Below, piece by piece: positions 44,373-55,681 of a DNA stretch of 64,000 bases. Below the pieces are notes generated by a model, which searched no databases, was not told where the DNA came from, and worked only from the letters and a program-made list of their open reading frames with translations. The position numbers and the translations under genes were made by a program. The stretch covers positions 96,001 through 160,000 of IMG/VR virus record IMGVR_UViG_3300025133_000022, one strand, 5' to 3'. Within the stretch, counting starts at the first letter, position 1; every line of letters begins with the position of its first letter. Source of the DNA: a virus.

Positions 44373-46489
44373 GATGCCACCTTTACTGCAATACTGTGAG
44401 TTCGAGGGTACAGGATAGTTTGACCTCGAACTTGTTCTTCAACTCGTACGGTGTAGTATACCACTTCACCAGCAACAATGTCTTGATCAGCGTAGCTCAT
44501 GGTAGCTGGCGTTGAAGAGCCAGCTACGCTGTAGACCTCCACCCACTCACCTACAGGATTGGTGCGTTTGTAAAGCCTGTAGGTGAGGTTCCTTCCTTCC
44601 CAGGTCCACTCAAGGTCTACGCGTTGCGTTACCGTACTCCACCCACTCAGGTCCACTTTAGGACACTGCCACTCAATGACAGGAAGACAACTACTGTCTA
44701 AGTGTTGGACAAGTAGTTTTTCTGCTTTTGATTTTGGCAATACTCCTCCGTAGTCATTTCGAAGGCTCAGGGGAGCCTTCAGCACAACGACTTTGTTTTT
44801 TGGAACCTCTTGCCCTTCCTCTCCGTACATGACTGCGCTTTGTAAAATGCGCGGGTTCGCCAGTAAAGCTTCTTTAAGTGTGTCTGGGCGCAAAGAACCA
44901 CCTTTAGCTCTTACGTCATAGAGGGTCATGTCTTCCTTATCGTCTAGATTCAAAAGAACTACTTCAGCCAAGATTCCATATGCTTTGCTATTGCTGTAGC
45001 CAGCAACATAATTATCCACAAATGTCTCAGTTTCAACATCAGAAATATATTTAGAACCAATTATACTATTTGCATTATAATTACCATCAGCATCTAAAAG
45101 TTGTAAATTTTCATGACCAAACCCTAGGGCTTGACTGCATTCTAAAATCACACCGTTCTGATCTACTACAAGATGATGAATTGCCTGATCGTCTGGATCG
45201 ACATCGGGAACCATATAGAAAACGATCATCTTGCCTAACACACTCTTATTAAAGAGAGGATTGAGATTGTACCCAACGTATTCGTAATCGTCTGCTTTGT
45301 AATAGTATTGAGCAGCAAGCTGATAGCTTGGGTGCATTTTTGTAGATAGGGCTACAAATCCACCCTCATTATCCCAGCTTCGAATCTGGTCTGATTCATA
45401 AAATACATCAGTGTCACTATAGCGTGTGCCACCAAGAGCACTGTCAGTAGTAAGCACGCGCAGCAAATTGTTTTCAAAGTCACTAATAAACAACACAAGA
45501 TGCAGTCCAGTGTCAGGGTCAATTGCAAGACCTCGACGCGTACTCGAAAGCACACGTTCATTTACCCAAAGCATCCTTTCGTAAGGACTGTATATATATG
45601 GCTTATAAGGAGCATAGTTCTGTTGGTCATACTCAGGCACATAGTATCTTCGTACCGCGCCATTGGTGACAGTAGTAATGTCACCTGCACTAAATCTTAA
45701 ATACCATGGATCTTCAGGGTCTCGGCCGCTAGGCAGACGAGGCTGAATCAACGAATGTTCAGTTGGGCGGCTATACCAAGTACTACCGCTATTCAAATAG
45801 AAAGTGTAGCCGCTGGTGTTTCTCTCTTTGCTATACACAGGATAGTCAAGAGTAAGGCGACCAGTGTCAAGATCAATATCTTGCCAGTCGGCCTCTTTGG
45901 TTACCACAACGGGTCCAAGTAAATTATGACTACTGTTGCCATCACTGTCAGTACAGGTGATGAAAAACAATGTGTACGCTCCAGTATCAGGGTCAAAGAA
46001 ATTCCTAAAATTGGTATACAAATTACCACTTTCTAAATCTAACAAATACCCACTATCAACTTTTTGCAAGTTGCCACGACTAACGACTTCTACCTGACAG
46101 CTAACAACACCTGCAGGTAATATATGCCGCCAAAACAATGGTCGCTTTTTTCCTCGAACATCAACACCAAGCTTATTAGTAATAAGAATCTCAGAGTATT
46201 CGCTGGCCACAGCCGTAGCTGTCGTGGCAGCCCACTCTTTTCGAACCTCAGCGTTCTTGTCACTGTTTGCGACAATGCCATAGGTGCGGTTGGCGACCTG
46301 CAAGTGCCGCCAACTATCTAATTCAGGATTCTCAAGATAGTCAAGAGCAACTGCCACTGGCTTGATGTCATCCAAGTACCGGAAACGTTCGACACGCTGG
46401 TGGACATGGCTAACCAATTCAAGAACAATGGTCTGAGCCTGATCGTAAGAACCGCCACTTGCAATCAACTCAAGTGTAATCTCAGCCAT
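44369..46489 (-). CDS. putative virion structural protein with C-terminal FnIII-like segment
   Basis: 706 aa; VDLEWTW...YRLYKR...YADQD..AGEVVYYTVRV. Confidence 0.7.
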   Translation of the reverse strand: MAEITLELIASGGSYDQAQTIVLELVSHVHQRVERFRYLDDIKPVAVALDYLENPELDSWRHLQVANRTYGIVANSDKNAEVRKEWAATTATAVASEYSEILITNKLGVDVRGKKRPLFWRHILPAGVVSCQVEVVSRGNLQKVDSGYLLDLESGNLYTNFRNFFDPDTGAYTLFFITCTDSDGNSSHNLLGPVVVTKEADWQDIDLDTGRLTLDYPVYSKERNTSGYTFYLNSGSTWYSRPTEHSLIQPRLPSGRDPEDPWYLRFSAGDITTVTNGAVRRYYVPEYDQQNYAPYKPYIYSPYERMLWVNERVLSSTRRGLAIDPDTGLHLVLFISDFENNLLRVLTTDSALGGTRYSDTDVFYESDQIRSWDNEGGFVALSTKMHPSYQLAAQYYYKADDYEYVGYNLNPLFNKSVLGKMIVFYMVPDVDPDDQAIHHLVVDQNGVILECSQALGFGHENLQLLDADGNYNANSIIGSKYISDVETETFVDNYVAGYSNSKAYGILAEVVLLNLDDKEDMTLYDVRAKGGSLRPDTLKEALLANPRILQSAVMYGEEGQEVPKNKVVVLKAPLSLRNDYGGVLPKSKAEKLLVQHLDSSCLPVIEWQCPKVDLSGWSTVTQRVDLEWTWEGRNLTYRLYKRTNPVGEWVEVYSVAGSSTPATMSYADQDIVAGEVVYYTVRVEEQVRGQTILYPRTHSIAVKVAS

Positions 46490-46490
46490 T

Positions 46491-46508
46491 TAAAACTCCT
46501 TAAGGATT
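46491..46508. repeat. 18-nt dispersed repeat, copy 2 (stop codon plus RBS junction)
   Basis: TAAAACTCCTTAAGGATT is identical to 5732-5749. Confidence 0.85.
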
Positions 46509-48734
46509 AATATCATATCCAGCAGTGCCAGCCGAAGCCACAATAAGCAAGATCTTGACATCAACAGCTATGCTGTCGACAGGGTCACCACTAGTAAAGA
46601 ACCTTTCCCAATGGAACGCTTGTGATGCATTGCCTTCTGCAGAAATACAAATATGAATCTGATTGCCACTAGTAGTTCCGTCATCTCTTTGCAGGTAAGC
46701 TATAATTTTCTCACCTCCGCCATCTTCAGTACCAAAGCGCCCGGCGCCGCAAGTATACCACTTGTTAAGAAAACTAGCATGACTGCTTTTAACCTGAATC
46801 GTATAGCCTAGAATTGCATTCACTCCTTTCTCGTCAACGTACTGATTGACTAAATAAGAAGGAATATCAATGTTTTGTTGCCAATGTTGCACATCGTCAA
46901 TTTGAGACATTGCTGCATCAGCAGTAGCCTCAAAGGTCACGTCTTGTTGTGAAAAGTACAGGAACTGAACATTTGGACAAACCCAAGCATCGTTATCAAC
47001 AGATCCGGTTGAAGTAGTTGTAGCATAAGCATAAGAATGACTACCATCAGTATCGCCATTTTGATGAGAACCATTCTCTTCAATAGACCAAATTGGAAGC
47101 TGATCAGTGCTATAGGCACTCGCAAGAGGGCCAGCTATGACACTGTCTTGAGCAATAGCACTATTAATAGCATCAACATGTCCAGCAAGAGCCTCAATCG
47201 ACACAGCCGGCTTATTAATAACCCCAGTGCCAGCAGCATGTGGATCACCAGTACTATACTCAACAAGTAAGCCGCCACGAATGGTTACATCTCCACCATC
47301 TGCGTCCAAGACAATGTCATCAGCAGCGACAATGTTAACAGAACCTCCAGTAGACTCGAGGTTTAGCGAACCGGGAGCCTTGAGGTATCCGGCAGTACTT
47401 TGGTTGTAGAGTCTTGGACCAAGCAAATCACCAAAATAAAGACTATAGCTAAGCCCACTACTGTCATAATATCCACCTGGACTAGCGCCAGACTTGCCAA
47501 TTACCAAATGACCTCGTAAGACGTTCTCATCATTCCAGTCGTTTTCACTAGCATGATAACCATACCTGTGCAGATACTGAGGAGCATAGTTGCCTTCGAT
47601 GTTAGATTTGGTAAAACCGCCCTGACTTCCCCAAGGGCCAACAGTCCAGTCAGTAATACTAGTTGCAGGAACCATTGGTTCTCCAAAGTTCCTATCATGT
47701 GCATGACGACTCTTTCTGCGAAGATCGTCAATAGCGGTTGTGATGTCAGTACCTACAGTAATAATACAAAAGATATCACCGCGATCAACTTCGGTAGTGA
47801 TATCAACACTACCGATAGTTAAACTTGTCGGACTATCATAAATGTATTCTGCACTGTCATAAACCTCACCAGTAGTCCAATTCTTCAGAAGAACAAACCC
47901 TTCCGGGATGAGCTCTCCAGAAGTATAAGTTGTAGTGATTACTTGAGGAAGTGTAAGCTGTTCACCATAATTAGGGTCTGCGTCACTCAAAGATGTAGAA
48001 CTCATATCAACATCAAACTGCGCATGAGTAACTGTAGGAAGACTGATAGTTCTTCGACCTTGAGCATCTGGCGGAGAACTTATGGTACAGCCAGTCCCAC
48101 CAGCAGATAGCTGATTGGGACCAGGAATGACATTAAAACGCCCCCCTTCGTAATTTGGCCCACCAAACCAGCTGTCGCGACTAATGGCATATGTGACAGT
48201 GCCAGGATCAATAGTATCAGTAGCTTGAGTAGTGTAAACACGCCCAAGACCATCTACGTAATAGTCACCCACAGTAATCATAGCGCCAACAGCCTTGAGG
48301 TTCTCAAAGGCTTCTCCAGTACCGCTTTTAGTAAAGCTCACACTTGCAGTGCTCCTCGGAGGGTATCTAAGAGAAAATTCAGTAACATTTGAAGGTACCG
48401 GTTCGGTAATTTCCAAATCATTACCAACAATCATTGGGTTAAGCGCACTAGCAGGTCCAACAAGCCTTGCTAAATTCACAATATCTAGAGAGCGCGTTTC
48501 AGCATTGCTGAGAACACTGCCACCAGAACGACCGTACGCCATAGACAGCCGTGCACTTGTTGCACTGCTGTAAGGATAGGATTGACCATGAATATCGCCA
48601 ACAGCTCTTTCAAGCTGTTGGCTTGCATTCTTTAATTGAGCAACAATACTATTTAGTTTTGCTGCTGAAGGAGTTTCACCTTCAACGAAGGTCGTAAATA
48701 CGTTGACCCCTTGCTGTAATTTGTCAGCCATCAA
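46500..48734 (-). CDS. putative virion structural/tail-fibre-like protein
   Basis: 744 aa; N-terminal FVEGETPSAAKLN...LERAVGD; Ser/Thr/Gly-rich. Confidence 0.7.
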   Translation of the reverse strand: MMADKLQQGVNVFTTFVEGETPSAAKLNSIVAQLKNASQQLERAVGDIHGQSYPYSSATSARLSMAYGRSGGSVLSNAETRSLDIVNLARLVGPASALNPMIVGNDLEITEPVPSNVTEFSLRYPPRSTASVSFTKSGTGEAFENLKAVGAMITVGDYYVDGLGRVYTTQATDTIDPGTVTYAISRDSWFGGPNYEGGRFNVIPGPNQLSAGGTGCTISSPPDAQGRRTISLPTVTHAQFDVDMSSTSLSDADPNYGEQLTLPQVITTTYTSGELIPEGFVLLKNWTTGEVYDSAEYIYDSPTSLTIGSVDITTEVDRGDIFCIITVGTDITTAIDDLRRKSRHAHDRNFGEPMVPATSITDWTVGPWGSQGGFTKSNIEGNYAPQYLHRYGYHASENDWNDENVLRGHLVIGKSGASPGGYYDSSGLSYSLYFGDLLGPRLYNQSTAGYLKAPGSLNLESTGGSVNIVAADDIVLDADGGDVTIRGGLLVEYSTGDPHAAGTGVINKPAVSIEALAGHVDAINSAIAQDSVIAGPLASAYSTDQLPIWSIEENGSHQNGDTDGSHSYAYATTTSTGSVDNDAWVCPNVQFLYFSQQDVTFEATADAAMSQIDDVQHWQQNIDIPSYLVNQYVDEKGVNAILGYTIQVKSSHASFLNKWYTCGAGRFGTEDGGGEKIIAYLQRDDGTTSGNQIHICISAEGNASQAFHWERFFTSGDPVDSIAVDVKILLIVASAGTAGYDINP

Positions 48735-51181
48735 ACGGCTCCTTGTAAGCTAAACTGGTTAATTCCAGATGCTGCGGGATTAATTGTAATGAAATTTGCA
48801 CCATCAAGCCCAGCACCTATATTGAAATCTTCAGTAATAAAAGTCCATCCATACGGAATTGGCAAAGCACCACTGCTGTCTACGCCAGTCAGAGTGTTTG
48901 GTAATTGCAAACGCAAACGCACATCATTTGACGTGATGAGTCTACCCGTATATGGATCACGACCGTAAGCACCACAACGTACCTCGCTTGGTGCAATGAT
49001 AACATAAGCACCTAGATTTGTTTCATCATCCGCTGGATCTGGAACTCCCAACAGCCTGTTTTCAAAAACAAGGGTGTTGCCTTGCACAGCAGTGGGCCGC
49101 ACAGGCATATAAGCTCCAGCATTACCAGTAATAGGATGCTGAGCATCAAGTGTATATTCATAAAGAATTACACGAGCACCTCTCTTAAGAGCACTATCCC
49201 ACTCTACGGCTTCTTGTTGAAACAACCAAGCAGGTTGAGTGCCAGAAATCCAACTAGCACTAGGGTTAACCTCAAGAAAGAAACGCACGTAAGGTTCACT
49301 ATTGCCATCGTACTGTAGTTCTGCCCACCTGACAGGAAGGCTTCTACGAACTCCAGAAGAATCCTGCAAAAGCAAAGTCCCTTTATTGTAGTCATCAGTA
49401 TGCTTCATGTACACATCAGCATAACCCAAGCCATGAGGTTCTGTTGCGCTTCCAAGCGCAACCACATCAACCCTATTGCCAACAGTTCCCAGCACAGGAT
49501 CATGCTTCAGAATTTGAAACACCCACACTTCGCTTGGCACAACAGTAGTAGTAAAGTTCACAGTCATATGCGTGTCTGCACCGACATGTTCTGTTTTCGT
49601 AACTTCCATAATGGCGTCATCATTGCTATATGGAGCATTGTAAAAACAACTAACTTGTCCAGCAGTATTACTTTCGGCAGTATAGCTGCTTAAGCTTCCA
49701 TTCAGCTGTCCAGTCCCACTCTTGATGTAAATAGTCAAATCAACATCTTCTACAGGGTTTCCAGCAGCATCGAAACCAGTGGCAGTCAGTTTGCTAACAT
49801 CTGTTCCATAATAAACAGGTCCAAATAGATTTGCGCCAATAAGCGGACTATCACTGGTAAGAATAACTTCAGCTAAATTCGAATCTTGACTAACTATCTG
49901 TACGATATTATTGGCTTTAGTATTGCGTAGAGCACGAACATCAAGCCAAGTGCTATGATTAGCTGTGCGCAAATTATAGTCGGTGACCTCGTAGTCAACA
50001 CGGGGGACTGCTTTGTATTTTACATACCAGGCATCAGTAGTGTGCAGACCATGCTGTCTGTCACTAACAATAGTACCCTTGGTGTGGTCTTGAGCAATTG
50101 TGTTATTGAACCCACGCACACAATTAGTAAAAGCATCGCGTGTTTTGCCAAGGTAATAAATTTCTTCACTACCAATAACAACAACACCCTGCTCGGGGTA
50201 ACTGTCTAAATTTTCACTAATGGTAATTCGAATTTCAACATCATAAGCTTCTACCGTTTCCGCAAGCACAAGCGAAGGAGCTTGGTATCCTCCGGTGTTT
50301 ATAGTACCTAAATCATAGTTGACGCTAAAATGCTTATCAACAGGAGAGCTAAAGTTCAAAGAAGGCTGCTCTTCCCATGTGGTTATGTTTCCAGACGAAT
50401 CGATAGAAACCAATTCAACAGAGCCTTGAGATAAAGGGAAATACTGAAGAAAAAGCGGACGACCCTCACGAAGACCATCATATTGATGCTCCCAGCTTTC
50501 CAAAATATCATCCACGGTACTATATTCTGCCCCCACCTGAATGCTCATGTCTTGGTTAAAATACAAGACTCCATCTTCAACAAGCATCTCTCGTTTACGT
50601 ATTTCGACCTGACTCCAATCAGCAGGCAAGCCGTCATTTAATTCAAGTCGGGCACCATTGGTAAGAGCACCGGTAAAAGCAGACACAAGTCTGGCTTCTC
50701 TAATACTAGAGATTTCATAAGTATCTAAGCGCTTGTAAAGTGCTGCACTGACGCTGTTGTGCACAGCGTCAGTGCGCAAGCGCAATGCAGTTCTACCATT
50801 CACGTCCCAATCTGCTGATTCTGAATAGGAGTAGTCTGAATAGAGATTTCGATAATCCCAATAGACACTAAAACCACCAACCGAATATCGAGGCGTCCAG
50901 CTAAGATCGTCGCCTAGAGGCATATGAACAATGCTGTCATACTGAATGCCATCAAGCACGCCGCTTTGCCAATGCGTCAATTTAGTACCATCAAGAAGAC
51001 CAACTGCGTGACCTCCTACGTGCGTCAAGTATCTGGTGTTGTTGCGAGTGCTAGATGAACTTGTTCTTCTGTTCCATACCCAGCCTTCAATATTTTCTGA
51101 CTGAATGCCAGTCAGAGGGACTGCTTTGTCAGAAGTAGACACATAGTTGTCAACCTCAAGCACAATCTCTTGATAATCCAT
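48731..51181 (-). CDS. putative baseplate/tail protein with Big-1-like Ig domain
   Basis: 816 aa; SKLTATGFDAAGNPVEDVDLTIYI...ESNTAGQVSCFY. Confidence 0.65.
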   Translation of the reverse strand: MDYQEIVLEVDNYVSTSDKAVPLTGIQSENIEGWVWNRRTSSSSTRNNTRYLTHVGGHAVGLLDGTKLTHWQSGVLDGIQYDSIVHMPLGDDLSWTPRYSVGGFSVYWDYRNLYSDYSYSESADWDVNGRTALRLRTDAVHNSVSAALYKRLDTYEISSIREARLVSAFTGALTNGARLELNDGLPADWSQVEIRKREMLVEDGVLYFNQDMSIQVGAEYSTVDDILESWEHQYDGLREGRPLFLQYFPLSQGSVELVSIDSSGNITTWEEQPSLNFSSPVDKHFSVNYDLGTINTGGYQAPSLVLAETVEAYDVEIRITISENLDSYPEQGVVVIGSEEIYYLGKTRDAFTNCVRGFNNTIAQDHTKGTIVSDRQHGLHTTDAWYVKYKAVPRVDYEVTDYNLRTANHSTWLDVRALRNTKANNIVQIVSQDSNLAEVILTSDSPLIGANLFGPVYYGTDVSKLTATGFDAAGNPVEDVDLTIYIKSGTGQLNGSLSSYTAESNTAGQVSCFYNAPYSNDDAIMEVTKTEHVGADTHMTVNFTTTVVPSEVWVFQILKHDPVLGTVGNRVDVVALGSATEPHGLGYADVYMKHTDDYNKGTLLLQDSSGVRRSLPVRWAELQYDGNSEPYVRFFLEVNPSASWISGTQPAWLFQQEAVEWDSALKRGARVILYEYTLDAQHPITGNAGAYMPVRPTAVQGNTLVFENRLLGVPDPADDETNLGAYVIIAPSEVRCGAYGRDPYTGRLITSNDVRLRLQLPNTLTGVDSSGALPIPYGWTFITEDFNIGAGLDGANFITINPAASGINQFSLQGAV

Positions 51182-52053
51182 TACTCACCCCAGCCAAGCG
51201 GGTGTGCAGCAAGAACTTGATTCCACAGCAACCCCCCATTGCTATTTAGCAGCAAAGGCTCGAGCTCGCCAGTTTCATCAGAAACTAAAAAGTTTTTGGT
51301 TTCGTAATCCAAATCAACATCATTAGCAAACTGCACACGTATTGGTTGCCAATAAACTCTATGCGGAAACTCACCATAACGATAATATGCAGTGCCAGCT
51401 TGAACATCGTAGCTAATGACAACGCCTTCGTCATAGTCAATCCAATAGTCACCAGATTCAGTAACCTGACCTTTAGTATCCTTCAAATCTTGGAATACAG
51501 AAAGGTTACTAAACCACATCTCCTTAATGTGTTTATCAGGCATAGCGTTTTGAAAGCTACCAAAAAGCTGCCTCGCGCTATGCATTTTAGTTGTGTTTCC
51601 AATTCTAAGATGATTCGATTTCAAATATTCATCATAGTCATCAAGCAAAGTTAAACTAAAATACAGGCTGCCAGTAAAGGCAGCCACTATATCCTCAAGC
51701 CACTTGTTTTCTAAAAGAGAGACCTCGAAATCAAGCGCTTCGCTCTCATGATCATGATAGGCTCGCAGCCAGGTGCTAGTAACCTCCACATGCGGATCTA
51801 GAGCCACGGGTAAGTCTTCTGAATCAAGCACAAGTTCGATATCAAAAACAGGAAGTTCAAACTCTCCTGCCTTTCTGTTCGTATGTCTAATTAAGCTCTG
51901 CCCAGAAGGATCAGAGGGGTCTCGCGCCTCAAGCAACAAGCGTCGTCTATAATCAGACAAAAGTTCCTCGGGGAACCTCTCCAAACCATGCCTGAGGCCC
52001 AGCTCATCAAGACCCACAGGCATCAAAGTCTCTTCAGGTGTATATGTACCCAT
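51181..52053 (-). CDS. putative baseplate protein
   Basis: 290 aa; LDELGLRHGLERFPEE...YRRRL resembles baseplate J/I-type segments. Confidence 0.6.
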   Translation of the reverse strand: MGTYTPEETLMPVGLDELGLRHGLERFPEELLSDYRRRLLLEARDPSDPSGQSLIRHTNRKAGEFELPVFDIELVLDSEDLPVALDPHVEVTSTWLRAYHDHESEALDFEVSLLENKWLEDIVAAFTGSLYFSLTLLDDYDEYLKSNHLRIGNTTKMHSARQLFGSFQNAMPDKHIKEMWFSNLSVFQDLKDTKGQVTESGDYWIDYDEGVVISYDVQAGTAYYRYGEFPHRVYWQPIRVQFANDVDLDYETKNFLVSDETGELEPLLLNSNGGLLWNQVLAAHPLGWGE

Positions 52054-53651
52054 CAGTAACTAACCTCCACTTGGCTATACTGAGAACGCAACAGCACTTG
52101 ACCAAGCCGTACATCTGCAAGCCAGACATCTGCCACTTCTTCAAATAAATATACCTTGGTTGCGTCAGCTACTGCAACATATCCTTCTTTACTGAAAGAC
52201 ATACCTATTGGGTTCAACACAGTCGTATCAATTGTTCTTTGAGCAACCAAACGACTAGCCAGTACGGCAGTCGTACTTGTAGTAGTGTCTCTGGAAGTGA
52301 CGGTTGTGCAACTGTACTCCCATTGACCCACCTGATCGTACTCAGTACTAAATCTAAAATCATTCCAGGTATTCTCAGCACGCTGAGCGTCTGGGTTGGG
52401 TGCAACGATCCAGGCTGCAGTTGTGCCCCAAGTGGTCTTATCTGTCTGCAAGTATTCAATCGTTGCGTCAGGTGCTAGACGCTTGATCTGGATCTTGACA
52501 ATACCATTCCTATTGCGAACAAAATCAGTATAAACGAATTCAGCATCTCCGAACTTTACTCGATGACGAAGAGGTACCAGCTCCAAATGGGTTCTCGGCG
52601 TTTCAACATCAGCGCTCTCTACATAGTCAAACGTCGAGAGCTCATGATCATAAACGTGCAACCTCCCCTGGGCATCCAAGACATACAGCTTGGATGTCTC
52701 ATGATTGATCGCCAAATCAATTGCTGTGTACGGGTCTCCAGAAGAGTCCAAAAGGACTACTTCAGCCAGGATCTCAGTGTTGTCCGGAGCTACAATCGAC
52801 GGCCGACGGTATTCTTCGCCAAGCTTCAACCGCTCTGAACTATATTCGACGTAAGAATACGTAATGCTATCAACTACCTGAGTAGATAGTGACAGTCTGA
52901 GCTGACCCTCAAAATCATCAAAAACAGCAGATCTGTAAGGATCTGTTTCAAAAGCGTTTTGCTGAGCAAACCAACTAACTATAGTGTCACCATCGAAACC
53001 TTCAAGAACAATCTCGGTAACAGTTTTAAAAATATTACGTGTATAAAACACGCCATCATCAAGTATCCGAATGTACTCTCTGCACTTCCTGTCGTTTTCG
53101 TCAGTGCCAGCAACCTGTACAACATGCCTGCCAGTGTACTCTCTGTCTTGAGTAGCATTAGATCGGCTATAAAAAGTACTGTTTTCTACTACAATGCAAA
53201 GCCTTTCTGGCTTTGGTGGATCAGTTGTGACGTGCGGAGAATTGCTGTTCCAAACTTGAAAAGTTGAGTAAGAGAAATCTGTCACCTCAAGAAGACGATC
53301 TGGTGGCGCATGCAGAAATTCAACAACTTCTGCAACTCGACTACAAGTATAATCAACATTACTATCGGTCCCAACTACAGTTGGATACGAATATTTAGAC
53401 ACGCCAGGACTTGTGCTGGTTTTCGGATATAAATCTTCATCACTCAAACCAAAAGCCCAAATTCTACCTACACCCAGATATTTCTTAAGGAGTCTAAAGT
53501 CTTGAGAAACATTAACACTGGTAATGGTTTGCTCTTCAAGCATCTCTGAGAAAGTACCAAAAAACCTTTGAGCTACGCTACTGGGGTCTCGTCTAGCCTT
53601 AGTCCAGAGAGGAAAGCTATTGGCAATTTGCTGTGTTCTAAAACCACTCAC
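52053..53651 (-). CDS. putative baseplate wedge/tail protein
   Basis: 532 aa; directly downstream of baseplate J. Confidence 0.6.
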   Translation of the reverse strand: MSGFRTQQIANSFPLWTKARRDPSSVAQRFFGTFSEMLEEQTITSVNVSQDFRLLKKYLGVGRIWAFGLSDEDLYPKTSTSPGVSKYSYPTVVGTDSNVDYTCSRVAEVVEFLHAPPDRLLEVTDFSYSTFQVWNSNSPHVTTDPPKPERLCIVVENSTFYSRSNATQDREYTGRHVVQVAGTDENDRKCREYIRILDDGVFYTRNIFKTVTEIVLEGFDGDTIVSWFAQQNAFETDPYRSAVFDDFEGQLRLSLSTQVVDSITYSYVEYSSERLKLGEEYRRPSIVAPDNTEILAEVVLLDSSGDPYTAIDLAINHETSKLYVLDAQGRLHVYDHELSTFDYVESADVETPRTHLELVPLRHRVKFGDAEFVYTDFVRNRNGIVKIQIKRLAPDATIEYLQTDKTTWGTTAAWIVAPNPDAQRAENTWNDFRFSTEYDQVGQWEYSCTTVTSRDTTTSTTAVLASRLVAQRTIDTTVLNPIGMSFSKEGYVAVADATKVYLFEEVADVWLADVRLGQVLLRSQYSQVEVSY

Positions 53652-53658
53652 TTAAACC

Positions 53659-54882
53659 TCACGTATAACGAATACTAAGAGTTCCTAAATCAGCATACTC
53701 ATCTTCATCCATTGAGTAATACGAATTCTCTAAGATATCTCTCTCTGTAGTAAGCCCACTGCTAGGACCTTTTCGAATATAAACAGTTTCAAAAACCTGC
53801 TCAGGCTTGCCAAGATTAGTAAACCTAATGGTTCCACCAGCATAAACACTGAGTTCACGAGTGGCAGCTTTCAAATCTATAGTTCCGCCAATACCTTGAC
53901 TGCGAAAATGGTTTCTAAGACCACGACGTACGCTGAGCTCAAACTGACGTTTTTGAGAAGTAGTAAGAGAACTAGTGGTCGCGACTTCCATCTCGATATC
54001 TAAAAATACACTAGTTGGTGCAACTGCACGAAGCAGTGCACCTGGACCTTGAATCTCATTCAAACGAGCCTGCACACCTCTAATCGTATTGTTGTTACTT
54101 TGATTCTCAGGACCAACAACAACAACACCTACAGTGCCAACACCAAAATAACCATTTATAATTCTTGTATCCAGCACCCCTGGTACACGTAAACTTTGTA
54201 AATGTAGTTTAGAATTGTTAGAACTAGCCAAAGTATCATATCTTCGGCTTAGTCTAAAACGATAATTTCTGTCATGCTCTCTTGGGCGTCCATTCAAGAT
54301 AGAATAAAAATTGGTCACCAAAAGGCCAGTGCCAGCACTATAGCTAGAAAAGCTATGGTTGATTAGCATGCCACCACCAAGATTGCTATTGTTACCAGAA
54401 GCAACGGCTCGCACAGGTACAAAGCCTACAGACCTGCTAGCAAAGAGGGTAACATCTGCAGTGGTTCTGTATCTGATAGAAGCACCAAGGTCATTTTCAT
54501 TCTCATTGGAAAAGATTTCGGTACCAGCAGGAATCGAAATATCAGCACTAGCGTTCACACTGCCAAAATCACCACTACTAACGTAGAAAGCTACATTCTG
54601 ATCTCTTTTCTCCGAAAAAGAATAGGTTTCTGCAAATCTAGGCAACCCCATATCTTGTCCAAGCTGATCAAGTTGCTGGCCTTTTGCAGTACTGATCTGA
54701 TTAGCATAAAAAGCTTTGTTTGCATCATTCCGTGCAGCAAGAACTTGATCAACAAATACGCTAATAAGCGTATCTGTTTTGCTGTCAGCATCAAAATCAG
54801 TAATGCCAGTACGACGAGTAAGCTTGTCTCGGAAATCTCTAGCCAGCACTAAGCTGTTGGTTCTCTCAGGTAATATTGCCAT
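53659..54882 (-). CDS. baseplate J-like (gp6/gp47) wedge protein
   Basis: GITDF, STAKGQQLDQLG..MGLPR, G...E.D..YR.RL, VPGV, GTVGVVV. Confidence 0.88.
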   Translation of the reverse strand: MAILPERTNSLVLARDFRDKLTRRTGITDFDADSKTDTLISVFVDQVLAARNDANKAFYANQISTAKGQQLDQLGQDMGLPRFAETYSFSEKRDQNVAFYVSSGDFGSVNASADISIPAGTEIFSNENENDLGASIRYRTTADVTLFASRSVGFVPVRAVASGNNSNLGGGMLINHSFSSYSAGTGLLVTNFYSILNGRPREHDRNYRFRLSRRYDTLASSNNSKLHLQSLRVPGVLDTRIINGYFGVGTVGVVVVGPENQSNNNTIRGVQARLNEIQGPGALLRAVAPTSVFLDIEMEVATTSSLTTSQKRQFELSVRRGLRNHFRSQGIGGTIDLKAATRELSVYAGGTIRFTNLGKPEQVFETVYIRKGPSSGLTTERDILENSYYSMDEDEYADLGTLSIRYT

Positions 54883-55313
54883 CAGTTTCTCAAACTCACT
54901 TTGTTGTCTGTAAGGCTGTAACTGATAACCAGTTGAGTTGCCTCTCTAGTACCCGTGGGTTGGACTTGTACAAATGCCGCAAGTTGCGTTTTGCTAATTG
55001 GAAACACTTGAACTGTAAGCTCGTTAGGAGAAAACAACCCTCCTCGGACGAGCTCGTTAATAATAACAGTCTCCATTTCAGCTCCAACTTCAGGAGTGTT
55101 TGGACGTCCAGCAAATTGTTTTAAATCTGCCCCTAACTGAGAATTATTTTTCCAATCGCCTTTCGTGCTTTGTAATTTGGCTTCAATCTTCTGCAAGGCA
55201 GACTGCAAATTCTCTTCAGAAGTATCTTTAAGATCTGTGTCACGAGAATCAAGCATAAAATCACCAGAATCAATCCAGCGAAAATCATTCATACGCCGTA
55301 GTTTAGTACTCAT
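54882..55313 (-). CDS. gp25/W-like baseplate wedge (sheath initiator) protein
   Basis: LQSALQKIEAKLQSTKGDW...GADL..F.G...I..EL pattern; lies upstream of baseplate J. Confidence 0.78.
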   Translation of the reverse strand: MSTKLRRMNDFRWIDSGDFMLDSRDTDLKDTSEENLQSALQKIEAKLQSTKGDWKNNSQLGADLKQFAGRPNTPEVGAEMETVIINELVRGGLFSPNELTVQVFPISKTQLAAFVQVQPTGTREATQLVISYSLTDNKVSLRN

Positions 55314-55681
55314 TAGAAACCTGCCATGCTGGTAGCAATAGCGGCTACCTGCTGAATGGTAGGGAGCTGCTCAAGGAGCGGAGGGACAATGATTTGATTT
55401 GGAAATGGTGTAGCCACAGTGCTTGGAATCATAGTCAGAGGCCAAGGAAGGTCTTGAATCATGCCGGCGTATTTCATATTGTGACTTAAGCCTTGAATAT
55501 TTATTCTAGAAGGAGTGCCGCCAGACAGGGTTAAGCTATCTTCCTTAACTCCAATAAAGCTTTTACCACCTACACCAATGCGCACTTCACCAGGGTCCCC
55601 AAGCAAACTGATGTGAGCTTCCACATCCCCAGTTTCGCTCCAATAACTCATGCGCCATGTTTTTTGCGGTCTCGTACTCAT
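55313..55681 (-). CDS. putative baseplate spike-associated protein
   Basis: Short beta-repeat-like stretch; position between hub and gp25. Confidence 0.5.
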   Translation of the reverse strand: MSTRPQKTWRMSYWSETGDVEAHISLLGDPGEVRIGVGGKSFIGVKEDSLTLSGGTPSRINIQGLSHNMKYAGMIQDLPWPLTMIPSTVATPFPNQIIVPPLLEQLPTIQQVAAIATSMAGF